From contig JAIXXC010000228.1 in NCBI GenBank assembly GCA_027490985.1, positions 1 to 58,250 of the forward strand: DNA of 58,250 nucleotides, given 5' to 3'. This DNA is from Verrucomicrobiales bacterium (lineage in GTDB: Bacteria; Verrucomicrobiota; Verrucomicrobiia; Limisphaerales; UBA9464). Shown here one piece after another: positions 39,683-48,623 of the stretch (positions are counted from its first letter, which is position 1; each line of letters opens with the position of its first letter). The notes under the pieces are model-generated. The model was not told the DNA's origin. It worked only from the letters and a program-made list of their open reading frames with translations, and did not search any database. A program made the position numbers and the translations under genes.

Positions 39683-41064
39683 GCGGCATCGAACATCTTT
39701 CCCGGATTGAGAATCCCCTGCGGGTCGAGCTCCCGCCGGAGCCCCCGCATCACCCGCATGGAGGCGTCGCCCAGGAACTTCGGCAGGAACTCCTTCTTGG
39801 CCACGCCGATGCCATGCTCACCGGTGATCGTGCCTCCGAGGCGGATGGCCTCGTCGAAGATTTCCCGGAAGGCCACATGCACCCGGTGCATTTCTTCGGT
39901 GTTGCGCTCGTCGGTCAGGAACGTGGGATGGAGATTGCCGTCTCCCATGTGACCAAAGGTGCCGATGCGGAGCCGGTGCTTCTTGGCCACCTGGTCGACA
40001 AAGCGGATCATCCGGGCCAACTCGCTGCGGGGCACGGTGGCGTCTTCGAGGATGGTCGTCGGCGACACCCGGGCCAGCGCGCTGAAGGCCGAACGACGCG
40101 CACCGGCCAGCGCATTGGCCTCGGCCTCGGTGGCCGCCTTGCGAACCTCCCGACACCCGTTGGCCCGGGCGATCTCTTCCATGCGAGCGGCTTCTTCAGC
40201 CACCTGGGCCGGATGACCGTCGGTTTCCATGAGCAGCAGGGCCTCGCAATCGGGGAGCCCGATCTTGGCGTAGTCTTCGACGCACCGGAGGGTGGTCCGG
40301 TCGAGGAACTCGAGGGTGCAGGGGATGATCTTGGCGGCGATGATGTCGGAGACCGTCTGGGCGGCCGCATCCATCGCATCGAAGGTGGCCATCAGGGTCT
40401 GCTTGGCCGCGGGCTGCGGGATGAGCCGGAGCAGCACCCGGGTGATCACGCCGAGGGTTCCCTCGCTGCCGATGAAGAGGTCTTTCAGGGAATACCCGGC
40501 GACGTCCTTCACGCACTTGTTGCCCGTGAAGAGGATCTCGCCGTCGGGCAGGACGACTTCCAGGCCCATCACGTAATTGCGGGTGATGCCGTACTTGAGC
40601 CCACGCAAACCGCCAGAATTCTCGGCCACGTTGCCGCCGATGGTGCTGATCTTCATCGAACCCGGATCGGGCGGATAGAACAGGCCGGCCGCCGCCGCCG
40701 CCTCGGCGATTTGCAGCGTGGTGGCCCCGGGTTCGGCCAGCAGGGTCAGGTTGGCCCGATCGACCTCCAGGATGCGGTTCATGTGCACCGTGCATAGGAC
40801 GATGCACCCGGGCACCGGCAGCGATCCCCCGCTCAGGCCCGTGCCGGAGCCCCGGGTGACCACGGGGGTTTTCGTGCGTTGGGCCAGACGCAGGACGGCC
40901 TGGATCTCGGCCGCGGTCCGCACAAACACCACACAACCGGGTTGCTGGGTCAGGGCGGCCGTACCGTCGAAGGCGTAGACCATCAGGTCTTCGGCCGAGG
41001 TGAGGACCGATCCGGGCCCGAGAAGCCCCACCAGTTCGGAGATGATTTCGGGGGAACACGCCAT
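39679..41064 (-). CDS. glcD: glycolate oxidase subunit GlcD-like FAD-linked oxidase
   Basis: RGSGTGLSGG, YPPDPGS, GGNVAENSGGLRGLKYG, GSEGTLG, EDATVPRS, GHMGDGNLH, GEHGIG. Confidence 0.88.
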   Translation of the reverse strand: MACSPEIISELVGLLGPGSVLTSAEDLMVYAFDGTAALTQQPGCVVFVRTAAEIQAVLRLAQRTKTPVVTRGSGTGLSGGSLPVPGCIVLCTVHMNRILEVDRANLTLLAEPGATTLQIAEAAAAAGLFYPPDPGSMKISTIGGNVAENSGGLRGLKYGITRNYVMGLEVVLPDGEILFTGNKCVKDVAGYSLKDLFIGSEGTLGVITRVLLRLIPQPAAKQTLMATFDAMDAAAQTVSDIIAAKIIPCTLEFLDRTTLRCVEDYAKIGLPDCEALLLMETDGHPAQVAEEAARMEEIARANGCREVRKAATEAEANALAGARRSAFSALARVSPTTILEDATVPRSELARMIRFVDQVAKKHRLRIGTFGHMGDGNLHPTFLTDERNTEEMHRVHVAFREIFDEAIRLGGTITGEHGIGVAKKEFLPKFLGDASMRVMRGLRRELDPQGILNPGKMFDAA

Positions 41065-41067
41065 GGT

Positions 41068-41721
41068 TCAGGCCTGGTTGGAGGGGGCTTTACGGGCCTT
41101 CCACGCTTCCCACACCACGGGCAGCACCGACACGAAGATGATGCCGAGCACGATCAGCTCGAAGCGCTTCTTCACGAATTCCAACTGTCCGAGAAACCAC
41201 CCCGCCGGGAGGATCAAGCCGACCCAGGCCAGCGCCCCGACGGCATTGACGAACATGAACCGCGACCGGTTCATCGCCCCCATGCCCGCCACGAACGGCG
41301 CGAAGGTGCGCACGATCGGAACGAACCGGGCCAGGATGACGGTCTTGCCCCCGTACACCTCGAAAAACCGCTGCGTCTTCTGCAGATACTCGGGCCGGAT
41401 GATCTTCGGAAATCGTCGGGTCAGATAACCGCCGGCAAACCGCCCCACCGAATAATTCACCGCGTCTCCGATGACGGCGGCGACGACCATCAAGGCCCCG
41501 GCCACCCAGACATTGAGACCCGAGGCCGGATTGGCCGCCACCGCGCCCACGGCGAAGAGCAGCGAATCACCCGGGAGCACCGGGGTGAACACCAACCCTG
41601 TCTCGGCGAAGATGATCAGGAAGAGGATGCCATAGACCCACGCGCCATGATCGCTGGTGAGTCGATACAGGTGGTCCTGCAGGTGCAGCACCACGTCGAG
41701 GAAAGCTTTGATGAGGTCCAT
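41068..41721 (-). CDS. dedA: DedA family membrane protein
   Basis: LIIFAETGLV, LPGDSLLF, GDAVNY, YGGKTVILARFVPIVRTFAPFVAG. Confidence 0.95.
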   Translation of the reverse strand: MDLIKAFLDVVLHLQDHLYRLTSDHGAWVYGILFLIIFAETGLVFTPVLPGDSLLFAVGAVAANPASGLNVWVAGALMVVAAVIGDAVNYSVGRFAGGYLTRRFPKIIRPEYLQKTQRFFEVYGGKTVILARFVPIVRTFAPFVAGMGAMNRSRFMFVNAVGALAWVGLILPAGWFLGQLEFVKKRFELIVLGIIFVSVLPVVWEAWKARKAPSNQA

Positions 41722-41756
41722 GACGGGAAAGGGTTCTCGGAGTCGAGTTGGCGGGC

Positions 41757-42080
41757 TCAACGGCTCGGCGCAGCACCGCCGGCACCACGAACCTCGTCGA
41801 CTTCCTGCGTCTCCAATCGGATCGAGCGCCGGATGAACACCCAGGCGATGGCCCAGACGAAGGGGAAGAACAGCACCCCGAGCACCAGCCACGAGAGGGT
41901 GAACCCACCGACTCGACGGGCCATCTGATCCGGAGCCAGGTAATTGAGGAGGGGCAACCCCACCAAGGCCAACAGGAACGCGCTCGCGCACAGGATCGAC
42001 AAGGTCAACTGCCGCCGCATCAAACGATGAAGGAAGGCTTCGGAATGGATGTCCCGGTCGGGAGGGGCGGGGTCGGACAT
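41757..42080 (-). CDS. DUF485-like small membrane protein
   Basis: FLHRLMRRQLTLS, two TM helices, QMARRVGGFTLSW; this is the 3' part of the listed 565-aa ORF. Confidence 0.7.
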   Translation of the reverse strand: MSDPAPPDRDIHSEAFLHRLMRRQLTLSILCASAFLLALVGLPLLNYLAPDQMARRVGGFTLSWLVLGVLFFPFVWAIAWVFIRRSIRLETQEVDEVRGAGGAAPSR

Positions 42081-42194
42081 GAGCGCAGGATGGGGCGAAA
42101 GCCCGACCGCCGTCCAAGCGATTTGCAGGCGGCTCCAGGGAATCACCGGTGGACGACCGTTGCCCGGACCCGAATCGCCCCACAGGATTCCCCC

Positions 42195-42779
42195 ATGAAG
42201 GTGACAGTCTATTGCGCATCGAGTTCGGCAGCCCATCCGGACTATGCGCAGGCGGCCCATGACTTCGGAGGCCTCTTGGCCCGCGCTGGCGCAACCACGG
42301 TCTACGGGGGCGGCGCCATCGGATCGATGGGGCGTCTGGCCGACGGAGCCCTGGCCGCGGGCGGGCGCGTGATCGGCATCCTGCCCCGGTTCATGGGAGA
42401 CCTCGAGTGGGCGCATCCGCGACTGAGCGAGGTGATCTGGACCGAGACCATGGCCGAGCGCAAACAACGGCTGGCCAGCGAAGGCGACGCCATGGTGACC
42501 TTGCCCGGCGGCACCGGCACGCTCGAGGAACTGCTCGAAGTGCTGACCCTGAAACGCCTGGGGCTGCTGTTGAAGCCGGTGATCATCGTCAATCAGCGCG
42601 GGTTCTACGCCCCACTGCTCCGCCTGCTCGACGACTGCGTGGCCGAATCGTTCATGCATCCCCGGCATCGGGAGATGTGGACCGTCGTGGACCGGGTGGA
42701 TCAGGTCATTCCGGCCATCGAGTCCAGCCCGGCCTGGACTGCCGAGGCCCGGGATTTCGCTGTCCAGAAATCGCTCTGA
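42195..42779 (+). CDS. LOG family nucleotide monophosphate phosphoribohydrolase (TIGR00730-like)
   Basis: VYCASS, VYGGG, MAERK, LPGGTGTLEEL. Confidence 0.92.
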   Translation: MKVTVYCASSSAAHPDYAQAAHDFGGLLARAGATTVYGGGAIGSMGRLADGALAAGGRVIGILPRFMGDLEWAHPRLSEVIWTETMAERKQRLASEGDAMVTLPGGTGTLEELLEVLTLKRLGLLLKPVIIVNQRGFYAPLLRLLDDCVAESFMHPRHREMWTVVDRVDQVIPAIESSPAWTAEARDFAVQKSL

Positions 42780-42848
42780 TCCCATTCGCCCTCCGTTCAC
42801 TCCCGTTCCGGCTTGCGGCCGACCGAGCGACGGGCGGAGGCTCGTCCC

Positions 42849-44741
42849 ATGGAGTTCGCCCAACGCCTGTGGATCACCCTCCTCTCGGTCGGCTTCTGCT
42901 TCGCCTCGCTCACCACCCTCGGAGACACCCCGGCCGATCCCAACGCCGCGTGGTTGGCCGAGCACTACACCAAATATGAGCACCGCATCCCCATGCGCGA
43001 CGGCGTGCGACTCTTCACCCGCGTGTATGTGCCCAAAGACGAGTCCGAGAGCTACCCGATCCTGCTGACGCGAACGCCCTACACGGTGAAACCGTACGGG
43101 GTGGACAACTACAACGACCCCGATGGCACCTTCGCCGCACTGGCCAAGGACCGGTTCATCATGGTGTCGCAGGATGTCCGCGGCCGCTTCGGATCGGAGG
43201 GGAAGTTTGTGCACATGCGCCCCTTCAACCCCAACAAGGAGCTCAAAGATACCGACGAAAGCACCGATGCCTGGGACACCATCGATTGGCTGGTCAAGAA
43301 CACGCCCAACAACAACGGCAAGGTGGGCATGTTCGGGATCTCGTACCCGGGCTTCTACACGTCGATGGGCATGATCGATTCCCATCCCGCCCTGAAGGCG
43401 GCCAGCCCGCAGGCCCCGATCACCGATTGGTTCATCGGCGACGACATCCACCACAACGGCGCGTTCTTCCTGTCGCAGAATTTCGGCTTCTTCTGGTGGT
43501 TCGAATTGCCCAGCGAGGATCCGCTGCGCGACGCCGGCCGGAAGTTCGTGTTCAACAACGCCGACGGCTACGACTTCTTCCTGCGGATGGGGTCGCTCGG
43601 GAACTCAGAAACCCTGCACTTCAAGCAGCGCGTGCCCATCTGGACCGAGTTCCTCGATCACCCCAACTACGACGCCTACTGGCAGGCCCGCAACATCCGC
43701 CCGCACCTCAAGAACGTGCGCTGCGCGGTGCTCACCGTCGGCGGGTGGTTCGACGGAGAAGATCTCTTCGGAGCCCTCGAGACCTACCGATGGACCGAGA
43801 AGCTCAATCCGGGGATCACCAACCTGCTGGTGATGGGTCCCTGGACCCATGGGCAATGGAGCCGCGGGCCCGGCGATCGGGTGGGTGACGTCGATTTCCA
43901 CGTGAAGACCGGGGAGCATTACCGCGAGAAGATCGAGCTGCCGTTCTTCCGCCAGTTCCTCAAGGGCGACACCAACCGCTTCCAACCCGAGGCCCAGATG
44001 TTCGAGACGGGCACCCATCGCTGGCGGCGCTTTGACGCCTGGCCGCCGGCACGGGCGACCTCGCAAACCCTGTATTTCCACCCCGGAGGCCGCCTCGTGG
44101 CCGGCACCCCGCCCCCGGCGACCGACACCGGCTACGACGAATTCCCCAGCGATCCGGCCAAACCCGTCCCCTTTTCGCAGGAGGTCACCACCGACTACCC
44201 GCGCGGCTACCCGACCCACGACCAGCGATTCGCGGCTTCGCGCCCGGATGTCCTGGTTTATGAAACCGAGCCGCTCGAAGAAGACCTGACCCTCGCCGGC
44301 CCCCTCGAGGCCACGCTGCAGGTGGCCACCACCGGCACCGACGCCGACTGGGTGGTGAAGATCGTGGACGTGTACCCGCCCGACTTCCCCGATCCGCAAC
44401 CCAACCCGGCCCACCTGCGGATGGGCGGTTACCAGCAGCTCATCCGCGGCGATGTGATGCGCAGCCGTTTCCGCAAGAGCTTCGAACACCCGGAACCCCT
44501 GAGGCCCGGTGAGGTGACCCCCGTGGCCTTCACCCTCCCCGACGTGCTCCACACCTTCCGTCGCGGTCACCGCGTGCAAATCCAGGTCCAAAGCAGCTGG
44601 TTCCCGCTGGTGGACCGCAATCCGCAGATCTTCGTGCCCAACATCGCCCGGGCCCAGGCCGCCGACTTCCGCAAAGCCCTCCATCAAGTCCACCGCACAC
44701 CGAAGGCCCCCTCGGCCGTGACCGTGCGAGTCTTGAAGTGA
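42849..44741 (+). CDS. CocE/NonD family hydrolase (alpha-amino acid ester hydrolase-like), exported
   Basis: IPMRDGVRL, RTPY, QDVRGRFGSEG, nucleophile GISYPGF, GGWFDGED, GPWTHG, PepX_C-like C-terminus. Confidence 0.93.
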   Translation: MEFAQRLWITLLSVGFCFASLTTLGDTPADPNAAWLAEHYTKYEHRIPMRDGVRLFTRVYVPKDESESYPILLTRTPYTVKPYGVDNYNDPDGTFAALAKDRFIMVSQDVRGRFGSEGKFVHMRPFNPNKELKDTDESTDAWDTIDWLVKNTPNNNGKVGMFGISYPGFYTSMGMIDSHPALKAASPQAPITDWFIGDDIHHNGAFFLSQNFGFFWWFELPSEDPLRDAGRKFVFNNADGYDFFLRMGSLGNSETLHFKQRVPIWTEFLDHPNYDAYWQARNIRPHLKNVRCAVLTVGGWFDGEDLFGALETYRWTEKLNPGITNLLVMGPWTHGQWSRGPGDRVGDVDFHVKTGEHYREKIELPFFRQFLKGDTNRFQPEAQMFETGTHRWRRFDAWPPARATSQTLYFHPGGRLVAGTPPPATDTGYDEFPSDPAKPVPFSQEVTTDYPRGYPTHDQRFAASRPDVLVYETEPLEEDLTLAGPLEATLQVATTGTDADWVVKIVDVYPPDFPDPQPNPAHLRMGGYQQLIRGDVMRSRFRKSFEHPEPLRPGEVTPVAFTLPDVLHTFRRGHRVQIQVQSSWFPLVDRNPQIFVPNIARAQAADFRKALHQVHRTPKAPSAVTVRVLK

Positions 44742-44742
44742 G

Positions 44743-44899
44743 GCACGAGCATTGCGGGCGACGGCCCCATCCCCCCGCCCCGCCCCATAAGCGGGATCGG
44801 GCCATAGCCCGCAACGGATCGTAAGCACCCTTCCCCCCGCGCGCGCAGCGCGAATCATCCTTCGACGCACGAGCATTGCGGGCGACGGCCCGATCCCGC
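44743..44899. repeat. three REP-like units in alternating orientation
   Basis: GCACGAGCATTGCGGGCGACGGCCC(C/G)ATCCC at 44743 and 44867 (30/31 identical); inverted copy at 44791-44814 (22/24 to the third copy). Confidence 0.8.
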
Positions 44900-44985
44900 G
44901 CCCCCCCACCGCCCCCAAGCGGACGAGTTCGGGCTTGGCTCCCGGGCGGGAAGGGCGCTCAATTTGCGGACTCCCTCCCGATTGC

Positions 44986-46344
44986 ATGAGCACCGACTCG
45001 CCCCAGTTCCTGTCCCGCGAGGCCACCGTGGCCGGGCCAGGATTCTCGCGGTGGTTGGTGCCACCGGCGGCGATCGCCGTGCACATGTGCATCGGCGAGG
45101 TCTACGGTTTCAGCGTCTTCAATGAACCCCTGAGCCGACTCCTCGGCGCCACCGCACACGACCCGGCTCGGGATTGGACCATTCCGCAGATCGGTTGGAT
45201 CTACTCGATCGCCTTGGTCCTGCTCGGACTTTCCGCCGCGGTGTTCGGCAAATGGGTCGAGCGCAGCGGCCCCCGCAAAGTGATGGTCACGAGCGCCACC
45301 TGCTTCTGTTCCGGACTGGTGTTGTCGGGCATCGGAGTGCAGCAGCACTGGCTGTGGCTGGTGTACCTGGGATACGGCGTGATCGGCGGCATCGGACTCG
45401 GACTGGGCTACATCGCCCCGGTGTCCACCCTGATGAAATGGTTTCCGGATCGGCCCGGCATGGCCACGGGCATGGCCATCATGGGCTTCGGCGGAGGCGC
45501 ATTGATCGGGGCCCCTCTCGGCGTGACCCTGATGGCGCATTTCAAGACGGCCACCGATCCGGGCGTCGCGTCCACGTTCTTCGCCATGGCCGGCCTGTAT
45601 GCCGTCTGGATGCTCTTCGGAGCCTGGCTCGTCCGGGTGCCCGCGGCCGATTGGAAGCCAGCGGGTTGGCAACCCGCGGCGGCCGGATCCAAGGCCGGAC
45701 CCGCCCAGGCGGTGTCCGTGGATCAGGCCTGGAAGACCCCCCAATTCTGGCTCCTGTGGATCGTCTTGTGCATGAACGTCAGCGCGGGCATCGGTGTGCT
45801 CGGACAGGCCTCGCTCATGTGCCAAGACCTCTTCGGTGTCAGCGCCGCCGTCGGAGGCGGATTCGCCGGACTGCTGTCGCTCTTCAACATGGGAGGCCGC
45901 TTCCTCTGGTCGTCGGTGTCCGACCTCACCGGCCGGCGCACGGTGTATGCGATCTACTTCCTCCTGGGAGCCCTGCTCTACGCACTGGTGCCCTGGACCC
46001 AGAAGATCGGCAGCCGCGCCCTGTTCGTCGCCGTGACCGCGGTGATCATCTCCATGTATGGCGGTGGTTTCGCCACCATCCCGGCCTACTTGCGCGATCT
46101 CTTCGGAACCCATCAGGTCGGGGCCATCCATGGCCGACTGATCACGGCCTGGTCGCTGGCGGCCATCGTCGGCCCAAATCTCATCAACTACATCTCCGCC
46201 GCGAAGAAGAAGGCCGGCGTGCCCGCGGCCGAAGCCTACAACAGCACCCTGTACCTGATGTGCGGCCTGCTGCTGGTGGGGCTGATCGCCAACCTGCTGG
46301 TGCGCCCGGTGCATCCGCGACACCACCTGGCAACGGCCCGATAG
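44986..46344 (+). CDS. OFA family (oxalate/formate/lactate-type) MFS transporter
   Basis: RWLVPPAAIAVHMCIG..YGFSVF, LGYIAPVSTLMKWFPDRPGMATGMAIMGFGGGA, SMYGGGFATIPAYL, GAIHGRLITAWS. Confidence 0.92.
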   Translation: MSTDSPQFLSREATVAGPGFSRWLVPPAAIAVHMCIGEVYGFSVFNEPLSRLLGATAHDPARDWTIPQIGWIYSIALVLLGLSAAVFGKWVERSGPRKVMVTSATCFCSGLVLSGIGVQQHWLWLVYLGYGVIGGIGLGLGYIAPVSTLMKWFPDRPGMATGMAIMGFGGGALIGAPLGVTLMAHFKTATDPGVASTFFAMAGLYAVWMLFGAWLVRVPAADWKPAGWQPAAAGSKAGPAQAVSVDQAWKTPQFWLLWIVLCMNVSAGIGVLGQASLMCQDLFGVSAAVGGGFAGLLSLFNMGGRFLWSSVSDLTGRRTVYAIYFLLGALLYALVPWTQKIGSRALFVAVTAVIISMYGGGFATIPAYLRDLFGTHQVGAIHGRLITAWSLAAIVGPNLINYISAAKKKAGVPAAEAYNSTLYLMCGLLLVGLIANLLVRPVHPRHHLATAR

Positions 46345-46362
46345 CCTCCCCCCCCGCGCACC

Positions 46363-46530
46363 ATGCAACGTCTCCTGCTCATCGCCGCCTGGATCCTGGT
46401 GCTGGCCCCTCTGTCCTGGGGGGTGGCCCGTTCGGTCCAGCGCTCGATGCCCCTCTTCACAGCCGACAAAGCCGCCGGCGCGCCGCTCCAGAATGGCTTG
46501 ACGACTCCGACCCAACCCACCAGACCCTGA
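46363..46530 (+). CDS. 55-aa single-TM protein, probable small partner of the OFA MFS transporter (not in the supplied ORF track)
   Basis: MQRLLLIAAWILVLAPLSWGVARSVQRSMPLF...; AW-x5-PL-x-WGV pattern; fills the gap between the MFS stop and the next ATG. Confidence 0.7.
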   Translation: MQRLLLIAAWILVLAPLSWGVARSVQRSMPLFTADKAAGAPLQNGLTTPTQPTRP

Positions 46531-46561
46531 CTTTTTTCCAGAAACCACCCCATCCCCACCG

Positions 46562-47917
46562 ATGAAAACACTGACTCCCCTGCTCCTGGCCTCCGCGCTG
46601 TCGCTGACCGCCGTGGCCGCCGAACCCAAACACAACACCGCCCTCCCCGGCGGCAAACTGCCCAAGCCCGTCAAGGTGTCCCTCGTGAAGGTCGCCGGCG
46701 GCTTCGTCGATCCCGTGCGCGTCTCGCTGGCCCCGGGCGACAACAACCGCCTCTTCGTCTGCGAACGGACCGGCGTGGTGAAGCTCATCAAGAACGGCAA
46801 GGTCCAGGACAAGCCCTTCCTCGACATCCATGAGACGGTGGTCAGCTCCTTCCTCGAGCAGGGTCTCTACGACCTCGAGTTCCACCCGAAATTCGCCGAG
46901 AACGGCAAGTTCTACGTCCACTACTCCGACATGTGGTTCAATGGCGCCGGGTTCATCGTCGAGTACCAGGTCTCGAAGACCAACCCCGACAAGGCCGATC
47001 CGGAGTCGGCCCGGGTGGTCTTCCAAATGCCCCGCCCCTACGCCAACCACAACGGCGGCGAGATCGCCTTCGGACCGGATGGCTACCTGTACATCGGCAG
47101 CGGTGATGGCGGTTGGGAAGGCGACGTCCTGGGTGCCGGCCAAGACCTGAGCACCTGGCTGGCGAAGATCCTGCGCATCGACGTCAACCCCAGCCAACCC
47201 GACCGCGGCTATTCCATCCCCAAGGACAACCCCTTCATCACGCCAGGCTCTCAGATGAAGCTCTTCGGCGTGACCGAAGAGGCCTTCAACAAGATCCATC
47301 CCAACGCCAAGCCCGAGATCTGGAGCTACGGCCTGCGCAACCCGTGGAGCTTCCAGTTCGACCCCAAGACCGGCGACATGTACATCGCCGACATCGGCCA
47401 GAACCACTACGAGGAGGTCAATTTCGAGCCCCGCGGCAAAGCGGGCGTGAACTACGGCTGGAAGTTCATGTGCGGCACCCATCCGTTCCCCCTGCCGCTC
47501 GACGCCAGCGGCAAGCCCGATCTCGATGCGGTCAAGGACGCCCCGAAGGTGGGTGAGGCCCCGATTTGCGAATACAGCCATGTCGACCAGGGCAATTGCG
47601 TCATCGGCTTCGGCGTGTACCGCGGCACCAAATACGCCCAGATGGACGGCACCTACTTCTTCGGCGACTGGGGCTCCGGCAAGGTCTGGGGCACGGCCCG
47701 CGATGCCCAGGGCCAATGGCAGATGCAGGAATTGCTCAACACCAAGCTGATGTTCACCGGCGGCGGTCAGGGTTCCGATGGCACCCTCTACGTCACGGAC
47801 GCCAAGGCCAACTACGGTGGCCCGGCCGATCCGGCACAGAACGAGCGCGGTGCGGTGTGGATGCTGGTGCCTTCCGACAAGGTGCCCGCCGGCGCCGAAG
47901 TGGCCCCGGTGGAGTGA
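46562..47917 (+). CDS. exported PQQ-dependent sugar dehydrogenase-like (GSDH) beta-propeller protein
   Basis: signal peptide; EQGLYDLEFHPKF, NHNGGEIAFGPDGYLYIGSGDGG, KILRIDV, YGLRNPWSF, ADIGQN..EEVN, NYGW. Confidence 0.9.
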   Translation: MKTLTPLLLASALSLTAVAAEPKHNTALPGGKLPKPVKVSLVKVAGGFVDPVRVSLAPGDNNRLFVCERTGVVKLIKNGKVQDKPFLDIHETVVSSFLEQGLYDLEFHPKFAENGKFYVHYSDMWFNGAGFIVEYQVSKTNPDKADPESARVVFQMPRPYANHNGGEIAFGPDGYLYIGSGDGGWEGDVLGAGQDLSTWLAKILRIDVNPSQPDRGYSIPKDNPFITPGSQMKLFGVTEEAFNKIHPNAKPEIWSYGLRNPWSFQFDPKTGDMYIADIGQNHYEEVNFEPRGKAGVNYGWKFMCGTHPFPLPLDASGKPDLDAVKDAPKVGEAPICEYSHVDQGNCVIGFGVYRGTKYAQMDGTYFFGDWGSGKVWGTARDAQGQWQMQELLNTKLMFTGGGQGSDGTLYVTDAKANYGGPADPAQNERGAVWMLVPSDKVPAGAEVAPVE

Positions 47918-47964
47918 TCCATCGCCGCGGCAACCACCCGCGAACCCATCCCGATCTTCCGTCA

Positions 47965-48004
47965 CCCGGGGGCAAAGCTCAGGCTTGGCCCCCGGGCCTT
48001 TTTT
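47965..48004 (+). terminator. intrinsic terminator between the dehydrogenase and cupredoxin genes
   Basis: CCCGGGGGC-AAAGC-tcag-GCTTG-GCCCCCGGG followed by CCTTTTTT. Confidence 0.75.
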
Positions 48005-48035
48005 GGGGTCCACTGTCGAAAACCAACTGATCGCC

Positions 48036-48623
48036 ATGTTCCGGAATCTCGCCCTCGCCTGCGCCCTTGCCCTCAGTCCTCTGGTTTGGGCGGCCGACGC
48101 CCCCGCCGCCCCCGGACACGACCACGGTGCGCCTGCCGCTGACTCCAAGGCACCGGAACCCAAGGAATCGATGTTCCTGTCGGTGGACCCGAAGTCACCG
48201 AAGACCGCACGCCTCGTGGTGGTTTCGGCGTACAACGCGGTGAACTACGGCATGAACTTCAACGGCTTCGCCAAGGGCGGTGCGCGCTACACCATCCCAC
48301 AAGGCTGGACCGTGTCGGTGGTCTTCACCAACAACAGCCCGGTGCCCCACAGTGCGATCGTGGTGGAGAAGCCCGTGGTGAAAAAACTCCAGATGGGCGA
48401 ACCGGCCTTCAAGGGAGCCTCGACGCCCTACCCGGTGCGCGGCACCACGGGCAAGACGGGCGTGCCCTTCGAGTTCGTGGCCGATGAGGCCGGTGAATTC
48501 GCCATCGCCTGCGGCTTCCCCTCGCATTCGGCCAACGGCCACTGGATCGCCTTCGACGTCAGCGCCACGGCGACGGCCCCCAGCCTGCAGTTTGGCGACA
48601 AGCCCGCCTACGTGGCCCGCTGA
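48036..48623 (+). CDS. sulfocyanin (SoxE)-like exported cupredoxin
   Basis: signal peptide; NFNGF, IPQGWTVSVVFTN, PHS (first His ligand), C-x4-H-x4-H loop (CGFPSHSANGHW). Confidence 0.85.
   Translation: MFRNLALACALALSPLVWAADAPAAPGHDHGAPAADSKAPEPKESMFLSVDPKSPKTARLVVVSAYNAVNYGMNFNGFAKGGARYTIPQGWTVSVVFTNNSPVPHSAIVVEKPVVKKLQMGEPAFKGASTPYPVRGTTGKTGVPFEFVADEAGEFAIACGFPSHSANGHWIAFDVSATATAPSLQFGDKPAYVAR

Noticed and set aside
44743-44899. possible mini CRISPR array
   Set aside because: Only two direct copies, separated by about 93 bp that contains an inverted copy, and no cas genes in the window.
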